Positions 1 through 8,064 of a DNA stretch of 41,468 nt are shown here, in pieces. The DNA is from a virus (Duplodnaviria; Heunggongvirae; Uroviricota; Caudoviricetes), in IMG/VR virus record IMGVR_UViG_2541047699_000015. One strand, written 5' to 3'. Made by a program: the position numbers and the translations under genes. Under the pieces are notes generated by a model. That model was not told where the DNA came from. It was given only the letters and a program-made list of their open reading frames with translations, and made no database searches. Position 1 is the first letter of the stretch. Every line of letters starts with the position of its first letter.

Positions 1-516
1 ATGAAATTTAAAAAATGTCTTCTGCCTGTGGCAATGTTAGCGTCATTCACTCTGGCAGGATGCCAGTCAAATGCTGATGATCATGCCGCCGATGTTTATC
101 AAACCGATCAACTGAATACCAAACAAGAAACTAAAACCGTTAATATTATTTCCATTCTTCCCGCAAAAGTTGCCGTAGACAACGCCCAAAATAAACGAAA
201 TGCACAAGCCTTCGGCGCGCTTATTGGTGCAGTCGCTGGCGGTGTAATCGGCCACAACGTGGGGTCTGGCAGCAATTCCGGAACGACGGCAGGTGCAGTT
301 GGCGGCGGAGCTGTTGGCGCGGCAGCGGGTTCTATGGTGAATGATAAAACCTTAGTGGAAGGTGTTTCTCTAACGTATAAGGAAGGCACCAAAGTGTATA
401 CCTCCACCCAGGTGGGTAAAGAGTGCCAGTTTACGACAGGTTTAGCCGTTGTTATTACCACGACGTATAACGAAACGCGTATTCAGCCAAATACGAAATG
501 TCCTGAAAAGAGCTAA
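1..516 (+). CDS. yfgH: Host outer-membrane lipoprotein with glycine-zipper segment (YfgH-like)
   Basis: N-terminal signal peptide with lipobox LAGC; Gly/Ala-rich segment GALIGAVAGGVIGH...AGAVGGGAVGAAAG; 171 aa directly followed by a 179-aa secreted coiled-coil ORF, matching the E. coli yfgH-yfgI pair as remembered (not searched). Confidence 0.6.
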   Translation: MKFKKCLLPVAMLASFTLAGCQSNADDHAADVYQTDQLNTKQETKTVNIISILPAKVAVDNAQNKRNAQAFGALIGAVAGGVIGHNVGSGSNSGTTAGAVGGGAVGAAAGSMVNDKTLVEGVSLTYKEGTKVYTSTQVGKECQFTTGLAVVITTTYNETRIQPNTKCPEKS

Positions 517-531
517 TGATCAGGAGGAGTC

Positions 532-1071
532 ATGAAGAAAGTTTTTCTTTGCGCCATCTTAGCCTCCTTAAGCTATCCGGCTATCGCCTCATCATTGCAG
601 GATCAACTCTCGGCTGTCGCAGAAGCGGAACAGCAAGGTAAAAATGAAGAGCAAAGGCAGCATGACGAATGGGTCGCGGAGCGCAACAGGGAAATCCAGC
701 AAGAGAAGCAACGTCGCGCAAACGCCCAGGCCGCGGCTAATAAAAGAGCGGCAACGGCAGCGGCGAATAAGAAAGCTCGTCAGGATAAACTGGACGCCGA
801 AGCCACTGCGGACAAAAAACGCGATCAAAGTTATGAAGATGAGCTACGCAGCTTAGAGATTCAGAAGCAAAAACTGGCGCTGGCGAAAGAAGAAGCCCGC
901 GTTAAGCGAGAAAACGAATTTATCGATCAGGAACTGAAGCACAAAGCTGCGCAAACCGATGTGGTGCAATCTGAAGCTGACGCAAACAGGAATATGACTG
1001 AAGGCGGTCGCGATCTGATGAAAAGCGTGGGCAAAGCAGAAGAGAATAAATCAGATAGCTGGTTTAATTAA
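532..1071 (+). CDS. yfgI: Host secreted coiled-coil protein (YfgI-like)
   Basis: RBS AGGAGG upstream of ATG 532; signal peptide ending AIA; highly charged K/E/Q/A-rich coiled-coil-like body; 179 aa; symbol from memory. Confidence 0.55.
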   Translation: MKKVFLCAILASLSYPAIASSLQDQLSAVAEAEQQGKNEEQRQHDEWVAERNREIQQEKQRRANAQAAANKRAATAAANKKARQDKLDAEATADKKRDQSYEDELRSLEIQKQKLALAKEEARVKRENEFIDQELKHKAAQTDVVQSEADANRNMTEGGRDLMKSVGKAEENKSDSWFN

Positions 1072-1110
1072 TCGATGTTAGTAACTTCAATCCTATGATT
1101 CGTGAGTATA

Positions 1111-1142
1111 AAAAACCCTCTGTAGTAACAGAGGGTTTTGTT
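1111..1142. terminator. Bidirectional rho-independent terminator at host/prophage junction
   Basis: A5 run, hairpin CCCTCTGT-AGTA-ACAGAGGG (1116-1135), then TTTTGTT; can end yfgI-like transcript (+) and lysis operon (-). Confidence 0.7.
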
Positions 1143-1288
1143 CATTCATAGTGCAGAGTCAAATCATTCCCACTCAATTATTTACGGACACCATAACTAA
1201 TTGAGTGATAACATTTTTCCAAAGATGAATTTTTCTCGTACCGTTTTATATACCGTCACCGGAAATCAGTACCATGAAAAATGCCATG

Positions 1289-1771
1289 CTATCTGGTCAG
1301 TGTGTCGTACTGTTTTTCGCAGACTCTTCCGGCTTCGGCTGCCCGGTCAGCATACTCTGCCAGTTGTCTGTTTCTCTCGAGAGATTTGCTGAGCACGTCG
1401 GCAAGCAAAACTCCGGTGTCTGCGGCTGACGTCCCAGCGCCGACAATGGCGTTATACTGCCTGAGCTGCTCACGGATGGCAAAGAGTTGTTGCTGCAACC
1501 GGCCAGCGCGAGCGGCAGCATCAAGAGCATCATTGCGCGCCTGGTCGATCCTCTGCTGAGCTTCACGTTCATTGGCCACTTTCTCCTGTTCGTAGTACTG
1601 ACGAACTTTGTCTTCTTCGGCTTTGCGGTCTTCTTCCGCCTGCGCATACCCGGCATCGTACTGGCGACTGCCGTGTATATTCCAGGAAACCACTCCGACG
1701 ATGAACAGAGCAGCAAGCATCAACACAATAAGCATCTGTTTCCAATATGCTTTTACGAATGCCCAGATCAT
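1289..1771 (-). CDS. Rz-like i-spanin
   Basis: N-terminal TM helix then charged coiled coil; last gene of lysis cassette; start ATG overlaps endolysin stop (ATGA); contains embedded lipoprotein ORF in another frame. Confidence 0.75.
   Translation of the reverse strand: MIWAFVKAYWKQMLIVLMLAALFIVGVVSWNIHGSRQYDAGYAQAEEDRKAEEDKVRQYYEQEKVANEREAQQRIDQARNDALDAAARAGRLQQQLFAIREQLRQYNAIVGAGTSAADTGVLLADVLSKSLERNRQLAEYADRAAEAGRVCEKQYDTLTR
1297..1533 (-). CDS. Rz1-like o-spanin embedded in Rz
   Basis: Out-of-frame ORF inside Rz starting MMLLMLPLALAGC (lipobox), Pro-rich mature part; start chosen at tandem ATG 1533/1530, the track ORF extends further upstream. Confidence 0.65.
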   Translation of the reverse strand: MMLLMLPLALAGCSNNSLPSVSSSGSITPLSALGRQPQTPEFCLPTCSANLSRETDNWQSMLTGQPKPEESAKNSTTH

Positions 1772-2397
1772 ATAGCCAGCACCTTACTGGCAGTGACGTA
1801 CCGCGCGCGCCGGTCGTCGATGCCGTTCCGGCCACCATTGATAATCAGAGTTACACGTGCAATATCGCCGGTATACTTCATGCATCCTTTGCTGGCAAAG
1901 AACCACGCCGCGCTACGAGCCGCGTATTCGTCCTGCGCCAGCAGTTCAGGACTCTCCAGCAGGTCAACCTTAAGACCGTTTCCACAGTCACGATAGTTAT
2001 TCAAACCGGTAATCTGGATAAGTCCGCGACCACGGTAATTCCAGCCATCACCAGAGGCATTGTTACCCATGCGTTTGCTGTACACCAGATTTGCGATCGC
2101 GCGCTGGCGCTCGAGTGGCAATGGTGGCTCACCAGCACGGCGGCCCAGTGCGTTAGCCTGTCCCTGGGTGAGACGCCCAGCCCGAACGAAGTTAGCCAGT
2201 CCGGTGACGCTGTAGTTGAAATTTTCCTGCAACCGGTTGAAGCCACCAGACTCATGCCCGACCTGAGCAATAAACATTGCCTGATCTTCGGGTTTGCTGA
2301 TACCAAACTCTTTCATCGCAGAAGTTATATGCGAGAACCAGCGTGCGGCCAGCGCCTCGCTAATACCAGCAGCTCGCTGGAATTGTTTAATCTCCAT
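1768..2397 (-). CDS. Endolysin, glycoside hydrolase family 19 (lysozyme/chitinase-like)
   Basis: Motifs GHESGGF and YRGRGLIQITG typical of GH19 phage endolysins; start set at ATG 2397 (MEIKQ) with SD GAGGT 7 nt upstream, not the 286-aa track ORF. Confidence 0.8.
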   Translation of the reverse strand: MEIKQFQRAAGISEALAARWFSHITSAMKEFGISKPEDQAMFIAQVGHESGGFNRLQENFNYSVTGLANFVRAGRLTQGQANALGRRAGEPPLPLERQRAIANLVYSKRMGNNASGDGWNYRGRGLIQITGLNNYRDCGNGLKVDLLESPELLAQDEYAARSAAWFFASKGCMKYTGDIARVTLIINGGRNGIDDRRARYVTASKVLAI

Positions 2398-2695
2398 GTT
2401 TAGACCTCGATATTTTGAAAATATGAACAACGTTACCGCGTGTTTTAATAACCGCGGCAAGCATGACAGCGTTGATAATGACCTCAGATAAATCCACAGC
2501 CATTGGCGTGCGTAACCAGATTGCATAGACGACACGAACAGGAATACTTGCCGCAGCAACAATAAGGAAATAAGCAAGCCACCCTCCCCATCTTCGATGT
2601 TGAGAGCCGTTACGCCGGAATGTGACAACGCGAATTGCTATGCCAGTACAAATAACTGCATTGGTGATAAGCAAAAAAAACTCATGCGTTACCAT
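2387..2695 (-). CDS. Holin/antiholin-like small membrane protein
   Basis: 102 aa with 2-3 hydrophobic helices, directly upstream of and overlapping endolysin start; start overlaps stop of preceding membrane protein. Confidence 0.55.
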   Translation of the reverse strand: MVTHEFFLLITNAVICTGIAIRVVTFRRNGSQHRRWGGWLAYFLIVAAASIPVRVVYAIWLRTPMAVDLSEVIINAVMLAAVIKTRGNVVHIFKISRSKHGD

Positions 2696-3086
2696 CGTCT
2701 TTTCTCCCCGGAATTAACTCGCGTGGATTATCGGAACGGTGATAGAGCCAGATGCCAATACGCACGGCGACAATTGCTGACACGAATGCGCCTGCAGAGA
2801 AAACAATCCCTTTTTCAAAAGAGTCCTGCGTGATGGTAGGGATCAGGCTGGCTATGCCGATAAGAATTGATGCTGCTGGTTTGTAAAAGAGAAGGCCGCA
2901 AAGAAAGCTGAGCATCGACAGGAGCACCCGGCGACGGATGGGGTACTCTACTGCAGAGGTAACAAAAATTACCGCCCCAGCCAAAGCCCCTAAAGCAACC
3001 TCCGGAGGGACACCTGCAATAACCGCAGCAAGAGAACTAACACTAAGCCACTGATTTGAAGTTTCATTGGTTAGTTGGAATGACAT
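2682..3086 (-). CDS. Holin-like membrane protein (3 predicted TM helices)
   Basis: 134 aa, three hydrophobic segments, charged C-terminus; first gene of lysis cassette. Confidence 0.55.
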   Translation of the reverse strand: MSFQLTNETSNQWLSVSSLAAVIAGVPPEVALGALAGAVIFVTSAVEYPIRRRVLLSMLSFLCGLLFYKPAASILIGIASLIPTITQDSFEKGIVFSAGAFVSAIVAVRIGIWLYHRSDNPRELIPGRKDDGNA

Positions 3087-3158
3087 AACGAAACCCGTTT
3101 ATTTGCAAACACCCTGCTTCAGGAAAAGTATACCGCGCAACAACACACCATTTACGGT

Positions 3159-5621
3159 TCAATTCCCTGTTAATTGCAAAACTTGCTCTTCCAGCTTTTT
3201 AACCCTGCGTCTCATCATCGCAGATTCCAGAATCAGAGCCTCTTCATAACGGATACCGTAACATTCACCAGCCTCGACGGCTTCGCGTACCAGAACCTTT
3301 GTCTGTATAAGTGGGTAAACTCCTGCAGAATGCTCTTCTTCCGTCACATCCCTGTATTCTGCCGGGGTCTCATTCCACTTGTCATAACAGATAAATGCCA
3401 GTCGTGACACATCTATGCCTTCATTCTGAAATACACTGATAACATGCTGCGCAACTGCACCAAAGTGCCATCTTGCTCCGTCTTTACCTTTCACTTCGAT
3501 CCTGTCAAGGTACTGGTATGAAACCCATTCCACTCTTTCCCATGCGTCCAGTATTTTCTCATCAATAACCTCTGGAGCAGTCTTGAAACGCGCATCGGAC
3601 AGCACCGTAAACGCTGACTGGGTAAATCCCCCCGACCATGCACGACCAGCCAACCCAAGAGAATAAGTATTCGTTGTCGATGGTGTCATGGCTGAATCAG
3701 AAAACTGTATATATTCTGAATTTCCAGTAGATATTCGAATATTTCCATTTATTAGCGACATAGTGCCTTTAGTATTATCACTATTGAATAATTTCAATTG
3801 CGAACTTATACCGCCTCCCACAGCCAGAGATACATCGCCTTCAGCAAGCATTCTGAATTTATCTGCAGAAACAAGCGTCTGGTTAGCAAGGTTAAAATAT
3901 TTAACCCACCATTCAAAACGCCCTGACATAGTCCCAACGTACTGACCAAGCGCAGGGACGTGAACAACATTGCTATTTGTAGTGCCGTCTATACTGGAAA
4001 TACCAGTCACCGCTGATGCAGAACTCAGAATATTATTTCTGTCACCCGGATGTTTAATTTCAACAAAGTTCCTGATACACCCTTCCTCGAAGGTAACCAC
4101 GCCGGAAGAACTATACATGGGGAATATTGACGCATAATTACTGCGTGCAGCATCTAAGAAACGAATGGTTGTAGATGTCTGCAGATCTCCTGATTCATTT
4201 TTCCCATCACACCCAGTCATTAGAATATTACTGGCAATATTATTATTTCCCTGAACGGTGACTCCGTGCGCCTGCTTTGCGTCCGATTCAGAGTAATCAA
4301 CCAGCACATTCGAAATCAGGTTACCAGTCCCCTTGCCAACAACTACTGCGGCGTATTTTGGGTTGTTAGCCATTACACTGCTAATGATATTATTCGTTGG
4401 GGCAGTTTCCGTCTCAGTTCCATTGTAAACAACGTGCTGACACTCTTCACCAATAACATTGCTGACAATGTTATATTTTGCTGCTGTTTTAAGTTCCACT
4501 GCACCAAACTGAGGATAATTTCTGGCTATCACACCATCAATTAGCGTATTTTGCGATGAATCAAAAAGCACACAACCTGCTTTTTTATTATTTGCGAACC
4601 CTAAATACTCTCCTCTTATATCTCTAACAATGTAACCTGACGGAATACCATTATTCGGATAAGCGATCAAGCTAAATCCTGTTCCTCGCGTATTTGTAAA
4701 TCTGATATTTTTAACCGATACATCATGGCCACCTGAAAATGACACCTGGTGTCCCTGCACACTATCATCTGATTTATTTCCCATAATTGTTAGCGTACTA
4801 AGCATGCCACCATCGGGCATGTTAAAAACCAGATGATTACCATCTCTGTCATACTGTTTTATCGTTCCCCCACCTGTTCCGTACAAGCCACAACGTGAAA
4901 GAGAAACTAAAGATGTATTGAATACCCCTTCCGGAACAAAAACACTGCTAAACGAATGTAATGATTTTGTAAAAGCATCCTTGTTATCATTTAAGATTCC
5001 ATTTTGAGCTCCAAAATCCTTAATGCTGACACCATCACGCATCTTATCCTGGAACGTTCTGTATACCGCTCCAGAACCATACTGAATAAACCAACCAAAA
5101 CCACCAATAACTCCGGCGATTGCAGCATCGACATAATTACGCATTGAGCGATTATTTACAGCGTCCTGCTCAAGTGATGGATCGGCAAGGTTAGATATTC
5201 TGTTTTGCTTTGCATCGTAATATTTTGCAAGCAAAGATGGTTTCATCAATGCACGTCTGAACCACCCAAAACATCGCTGGATCAGCATCGTCAGGTAGTC
5301 AAATGCATCCTCATGAACTTCGGGGAAAAATTTTCCCTGATTGCGAAGATCAGTCTCCTGCACCACATCAAGCACACGCTCTATCGTGATTCGCCAGCCA
5401 GCAGCAAGCGGCGACGGAAGAACCACTGCACCGCCACTATAAGTTCCCGCCCCTGTTACCGTATAACCAGCATCCAGCACTAGTTTTGTAACGTTACCGT
5501 TAAGGTCAGACACCTGAACAACCAGGTCGGATTTTTTGAAAATACGGAAGGTATACGGAAATGATGTCGTAACGCCGTTACCTGTGTATTCGTTGTGGTC
5601 AACTTCGGTTGAGACCGTCAT
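3159..5621 (-). CDS. Tailspike: T7 gp17-like N-terminal anchor, beta-helix (pectate-lyase-like) depolymerase body, C-terminal S74-type autocleaving chaperone
   Basis: N-terminus GNGVTTSFPYTFRIFKKSDLVVQV resembles T7 tail fibre N-terminal domain; Gly/Asn/Ser/Thr-rich repetitive body; C-terminal SDARFK ... WHFG motif of intramolecular chaperone; SD GGAG 8 nt before ATG 5621. Confidence 0.75.
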   Translation of the reverse strand: MTVSTEVDHNEYTGNGVTTSFPYTFRIFKKSDLVVQVSDLNGNVTKLVLDAGYTVTGAGTYSGGAVVLPSPLAAGWRITIERVLDVVQETDLRNQGKFFPEVHEDAFDYLTMLIQRCFGWFRRALMKPSLLAKYYDAKQNRISNLADPSLEQDAVNNRSMRNYVDAAIAGVIGGFGWFIQYGSGAVYRTFQDKMRDGVSIKDFGAQNGILNDNKDAFTKSLHSFSSVFVPEGVFNTSLVSLSRCGLYGTGGGTIKQYDRDGNHLVFNMPDGGMLSTLTIMGNKSDDSVQGHQVSFSGGHDVSVKNIRFTNTRGTGFSLIAYPNNGIPSGYIVRDIRGEYLGFANNKKAGCVLFDSSQNTLIDGVIARNYPQFGAVELKTAAKYNIVSNVIGEECQHVVYNGTETETAPTNNIISSVMANNPKYAAVVVGKGTGNLISNVLVDYSESDAKQAHGVTVQGNNNIASNILMTGCDGKNESGDLQTSTTIRFLDAARSNYASIFPMYSSSGVVTFEEGCIRNFVEIKHPGDRNNILSSASAVTGISSIDGTTNSNVVHVPALGQYVGTMSGRFEWWVKYFNLANQTLVSADKFRMLAEGDVSLAVGGGISSQLKLFNSDNTKGTMSLINGNIRISTGNSEYIQFSDSAMTPSTTNTYSLGLAGRAWSGGFTQSAFTVLSDARFKTAPEVIDEKILDAWERVEWVSYQYLDRIEVKGKDGARWHFGAVAQHVISVFQNEGIDVSRLAFICYDKWNETPAEYRDVTEEEHSAGVYPLIQTKVLVREAVEAGECYGIRYEEALILESAMMRRRVKKLEEQVLQLTGN

Positions 5622-5724
5622 GTTAAATCTCCAGATAGTCGCAGCACCCGTTGCGCCGCATATCTGGTTATTCTATTACCCAAAAAACCATATATGGATA
5701 GAAAGACTGTGAATATGAATAGAT

Positions 5725-5741
5725 ATTACCTTTCAGGTAAT
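5725..5741. promoter_or_regulatory. 17-bp operator ATTACCTTTCAGGTAAT
   Basis: Perfect ATTACC-N5-GGTAAT palindrome in the divergent region between tailspike and plus-strand island. Confidence 0.6.
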
Positions 5742-5777
5742 TTGCAAAACGTGCTGGATAGCAAACAAATTATTTGC

Positions 5778-5797
5778 TACTGTATAAATATACAGTT
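5778..5797. promoter_or_regulatory. LexA (SOS) box TACTGTATAAATATACAGTT
   Basis: CTGT-N8-ACAG with AT-rich spacer, 18/20 match to consensus TACTGTATATATATACAGTA as remembered; 20 nt upstream of SD/start of gene 5818. Confidence 0.75.
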
Positions 5798-5817
5798 ATT
5801 GCATGGAGAAGATTAAG

Positions 5818-6075
5818 ATGCAGCAGTATCACTATCCACTGGAAGAGGGATTTACCGAAAGGATTCACACGCCGGGAGGCGTCAGGTCACTGGTGGAGGG
5901 ATCGCACTTGATGAAATTACTCCGGGATCTCGATAAGGATGGATTTAATGTCGATGGCCCACTTGCCGAACTGACTGCACTGATTAACTACGTCACCAGC
6001 TCACAGATGTCTATGCAGGATCTGCAAACACATCTCGACTATTGTGCCGAACAATTACGAAAACAAACCAGATAA
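5818..6075 (+). CDS. Small LexA-box-preceded protein, paralog of C-terminal domain of ORF6N protein; candidate antirepressor
   Basis: SD GGAGAA 6 nt before ATG 5818 (track start 5803 lacks SD); product aligns with C-terminus of 6889-7608 product (IH-P-GV...LM-LL...DG-V-G-AELT...QTH-Y). Confidence 0.6.
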   Translation: MQQYHYPLEEGFTERIHTPGGVRSLVEGSHLMKLLRDLDKDGFNVDGPLAELTALINYVTSSQMSMQDLQTHLDYCAEQLRKQTR

Positions 6076-6078
6076 GGT

Positions 6079-6122
6079 TTGCAATTACCAAATGGAGTGC
6101 TTATATTTACCTTTGCGGTAAA
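6079..6122 (+). promoter_or_regulatory. Sigma70-like promoter (TTGCAA-N17-TATATT) with overlapping operator TTTACCTTTGCGGTAAA
   Basis: -35 at 6079-6084, -10 at 6102-6107, operator 6106-6122 begins 22 nt after the -35 hexamer, same spacing as at 7653 and 35931. Confidence 0.55.
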
Positions 6123-6155
6123 TTTACATCGCACTCCTCTTGTGCCATAGTAATC

Positions 6156-6194
6156 GGGCACTGGCAAAATCCAGTGCCGGGATTGGCGTCCCGG
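6156..6194 (+). ncRNA. Structured leader: two mutually exclusive hairpins
   Basis: Hairpin A GGCACTGG/CCAGTGCC (6157-6178) and hairpin B CCGGGA/TCCCGG (6177-6194) share the CCGG segment, so only one can form. Confidence 0.35.
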
Positions 6195-6212
6195 ATTACT
6201 AGTAGGCGCATA

Positions 6213-6234
6213 CCACGCCAGACGTGGTTTTTTT
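6213..6234 (+). terminator. Rho-independent terminator/attenuator in leader
   Basis: Hairpin CCACG-CCAGA-CGTGG followed by T7 run. Confidence 0.6.
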
Positions 6235-6389
6235 ATGCGTATAGCACAGTCATATCCGAATTATGGTGGGCTGGGCAGGGGCACCGAAAGGTGCGCCGGT
6301 ACCTACTAGGCCGGTACGCCAACCTTGTCCAGTTCACCACCAGCAATTGGCGTTGCGGTGGTGGGTAACTTACTAGTAGAGGTATCGCT

Positions 6390-6896
6390 ATGCCAGGCCA
6401 AAAAATCTCAAACGACGATCTGTATTGGTTAATTTCTAATTCTCCACTCCTTCTTATGCTAAGGCAAGAAAGTGCACCACTGGTCAGTGAATTGATTAGC
6501 TGTAGAAATAGAATGTGGGATGAAGGGGCAGATTTAGATACCAATTTGTTTGATCATCTTATGCAACTAGCAGTCGATAACAAGGCAAAACTACGCTCTG
6601 AATACAACGCTTATCCAGAAATAGCAAAATACCTTAACGCTGAAATACTTGGTGGACCAGGTCAACCAGACCTAAAAACAAAAGATGGTTACCCTGTTGA
6701 GGTGAAGGTAGATACTTTTTCTCCTTCAGCATTAAAACAATTATTAAGGTATATGGATGCTTCTGGCGCAGATTTTGGTTTTGCTTGTGCAAAAACTCTT
6801 TCTGTAAAACTCCCTGAAAACATAAAGTTCATCCAGTTAGATTATAAAGATAATTGCTATTTCGTCGTGAAAGATGGAGGCAATGAAAATGCGTAA
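6390..6896 (+). CDS. Hypothetical protein (accessory island)
   Basis: SD AGAGG 7 nt before ATG 6390; 168 aa; no family recognised; stop overlaps next start (ATGCGTAA). Confidence 0.6.
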   Translation: MPGQKISNDDLYWLISNSPLLLMLRQESAPLVSELISCRNRMWDEGADLDTNLFDHLMQLAVDNKAKLRSEYNAYPEIAKYLNAEILGGPGQPDLKTKDGYPVEVKVDTFSPSALKQLLRYMDASGADFGFACAKTLSVKLPENIKFIQLDYKDNCYFVVKDGGNENA

Positions 6897-7608
6897 TATA
6901 GCTATTGATAAGTTGCCGATAACAACTCATTGCAACATCCCTGTAATGACTACAGAAATGCTTGCTGATTTGTATGACACAGAACCCAAACTGATTCGTC
7001 AAAACTATCAACGAAATGCAGATCGATTCATTGAGGGAAAACATTGTTTCAAGCTGATAGGCGAAGAATTACGAGCATTTAAGAACGAGTCCTCTCAAAG
7101 AGGTTTGCTTAATATTGCACCAAAAGTAAGTCATCTTTTCTTATGGACCGCTCGCGGTGCAGCACGACATGCGAAAATTCTTGAGACTGAAAAAGCGTGG
7201 GAGGTCTTCGAAAAACTGGAAGATTGCTACTTCGACAGAAAACCCGCAAATGTCAGCGGAGATGTTCGTCTCTCAGGTGGAGCTGATTTATCAAAGGCCA
7301 CTCAGGTAATTGAAAAATTCATGCCCGCCATTATGGAGGCGATCAAGCTGGAAGACAAAAAAGAATACAGTGCCCCACTGAAGCCCGGCTACCGCAGTCT
7401 GATTCATTCTCCGTCTGGTGTTCTCGGCCTGACGGAGAACTCATTGCTGATGAATCTGCTGAATCAGTTGCAGGACGACGGGCATGATGTATCGGGCGCG
7501 GCGGCGGAGCTGACCACCATGTTCTGCTACATCGTCGGTGTGAGCAAATGCCTGCGTGATATCCAGACCCACGCGGAGTACATCAACGACAAAGCAGGAT
7601 TCTTCTGA
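6889..7608 (+). CDS. ORF6N-domain protein (phage antirepressor-like) with C-terminal domain shared with 5818-6075
   Basis: N-terminal segment VMTTEMLADLYDTEPKLIRQNYQRNADRF...LWTARGAARHAKIL resembles ORF6N domain of antirepressor-type proteins; start at ATG 6889 with SD GGAGG 8 nt upstream. Confidence 0.6.
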   Translation: MRNIAIDKLPITTHCNIPVMTTEMLADLYDTEPKLIRQNYQRNADRFIEGKHCFKLIGEELRAFKNESSQRGLLNIAPKVSHLFLWTARGAARHAKILETEKAWEVFEKLEDCYFDRKPANVSGDVRLSGGADLSKATQVIEKFMPAIMEAIKLEDKKEYSAPLKPGYRSLIHSPSGVLGLTENSLLMNLLNQLQDDGHDVSGAAAELTTMFCYIVGVSKCLRDIQTHAEYINDKAGFF

Positions 7609-7652
7609 CGGGCGGCGGCACAGGGATGTGCCTTTAAATAATTCTGTACAGA

Positions 7653-7696
7653 TTGCAGACCGGGGGTGAATAGCGTACTATTACCTTAAAGGTAAA
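7653..7696 (+). promoter_or_regulatory. Promoter (TTGCAG-N17-TACTAT) with overlapping operator ATTACCTTAAAGGTAAA
   Basis: -35 at 7653-7658; operator 7680-7696 starts 22 nt after -35; precedes gene 7738. Confidence 0.5.
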
Positions 7697-7737
7697 CCTG
7701 TTTTTATTTTATACCTGTAACTTACCGGAGATTAAAG

Positions 7738-8064
7738 ATGACAAAACTTGGATTCGTGATGAGAGGTCCGGTAAGAAGCGGAACTCATGCAAAGCGTAGC
7801 AAGAGTCGTATTTTTACTGGTAAGGTTGTAGCACGTAAATCAGCTATTGGCTCGTTCAATAGTGAAAATGCGGCATTGCGCCATATTTTTATCAGCACAA
7901 AGCCAAGAGCATCCGCTGATGTGCATACAATGTCTATTCCTATCACAAAGAATATCAAGCGGATAAAAAAGCTCTCATCTGCAGAATCAAAAGAGATATC
8001 TTTCCGCCAGCTTAACTCATTAGAAACGCATATGAAGGAAGAGGAATTCGATGTTTTTGAGTGA
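7738..8064 (+). CDS. Basic small protein, possible antitoxin-like partner of downstream gene
   Basis: SD GGAG 7 nt before ATG; 108 aa, basic N-terminus, acidic C-terminus; C-terminal RQLNSLETH faintly resembles YefM/Phd NSLEE motif; 14-nt overlap with next gene. Confidence 0.5.
   Translation: MTKLGFVMRGPVRSGTHAKRSKSRIFTGKVVARKSAIGSFNSENAALRHIFISTKPRASADVHTMSIPITKNIKRIKKLSSAESKEISFRQLNSLETHMKEEEFDVFE

Noticed and set aside
592-856. Track ORFs 592-828(-) and 644-856(+) inside the yfgI-like gene
   Set aside because: Fully embedded alternative-frame ORFs with low-complexity products; artefacts of the charged repetitive coding sequence
1768-2628. 286-aa extended endolysin ORF
   Set aside because: N-terminal 77 codons overlap the holin-like gene and have no RBS; GH19 domain begins at ATG 2397 with a good SD
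7644-7659. LexA-box-like CTGTACAGATTGCAGA upstream of gene 7738
   Set aside because: Second arm is CAGA, not ACAG; does not fit CTGT-N8-ACAG
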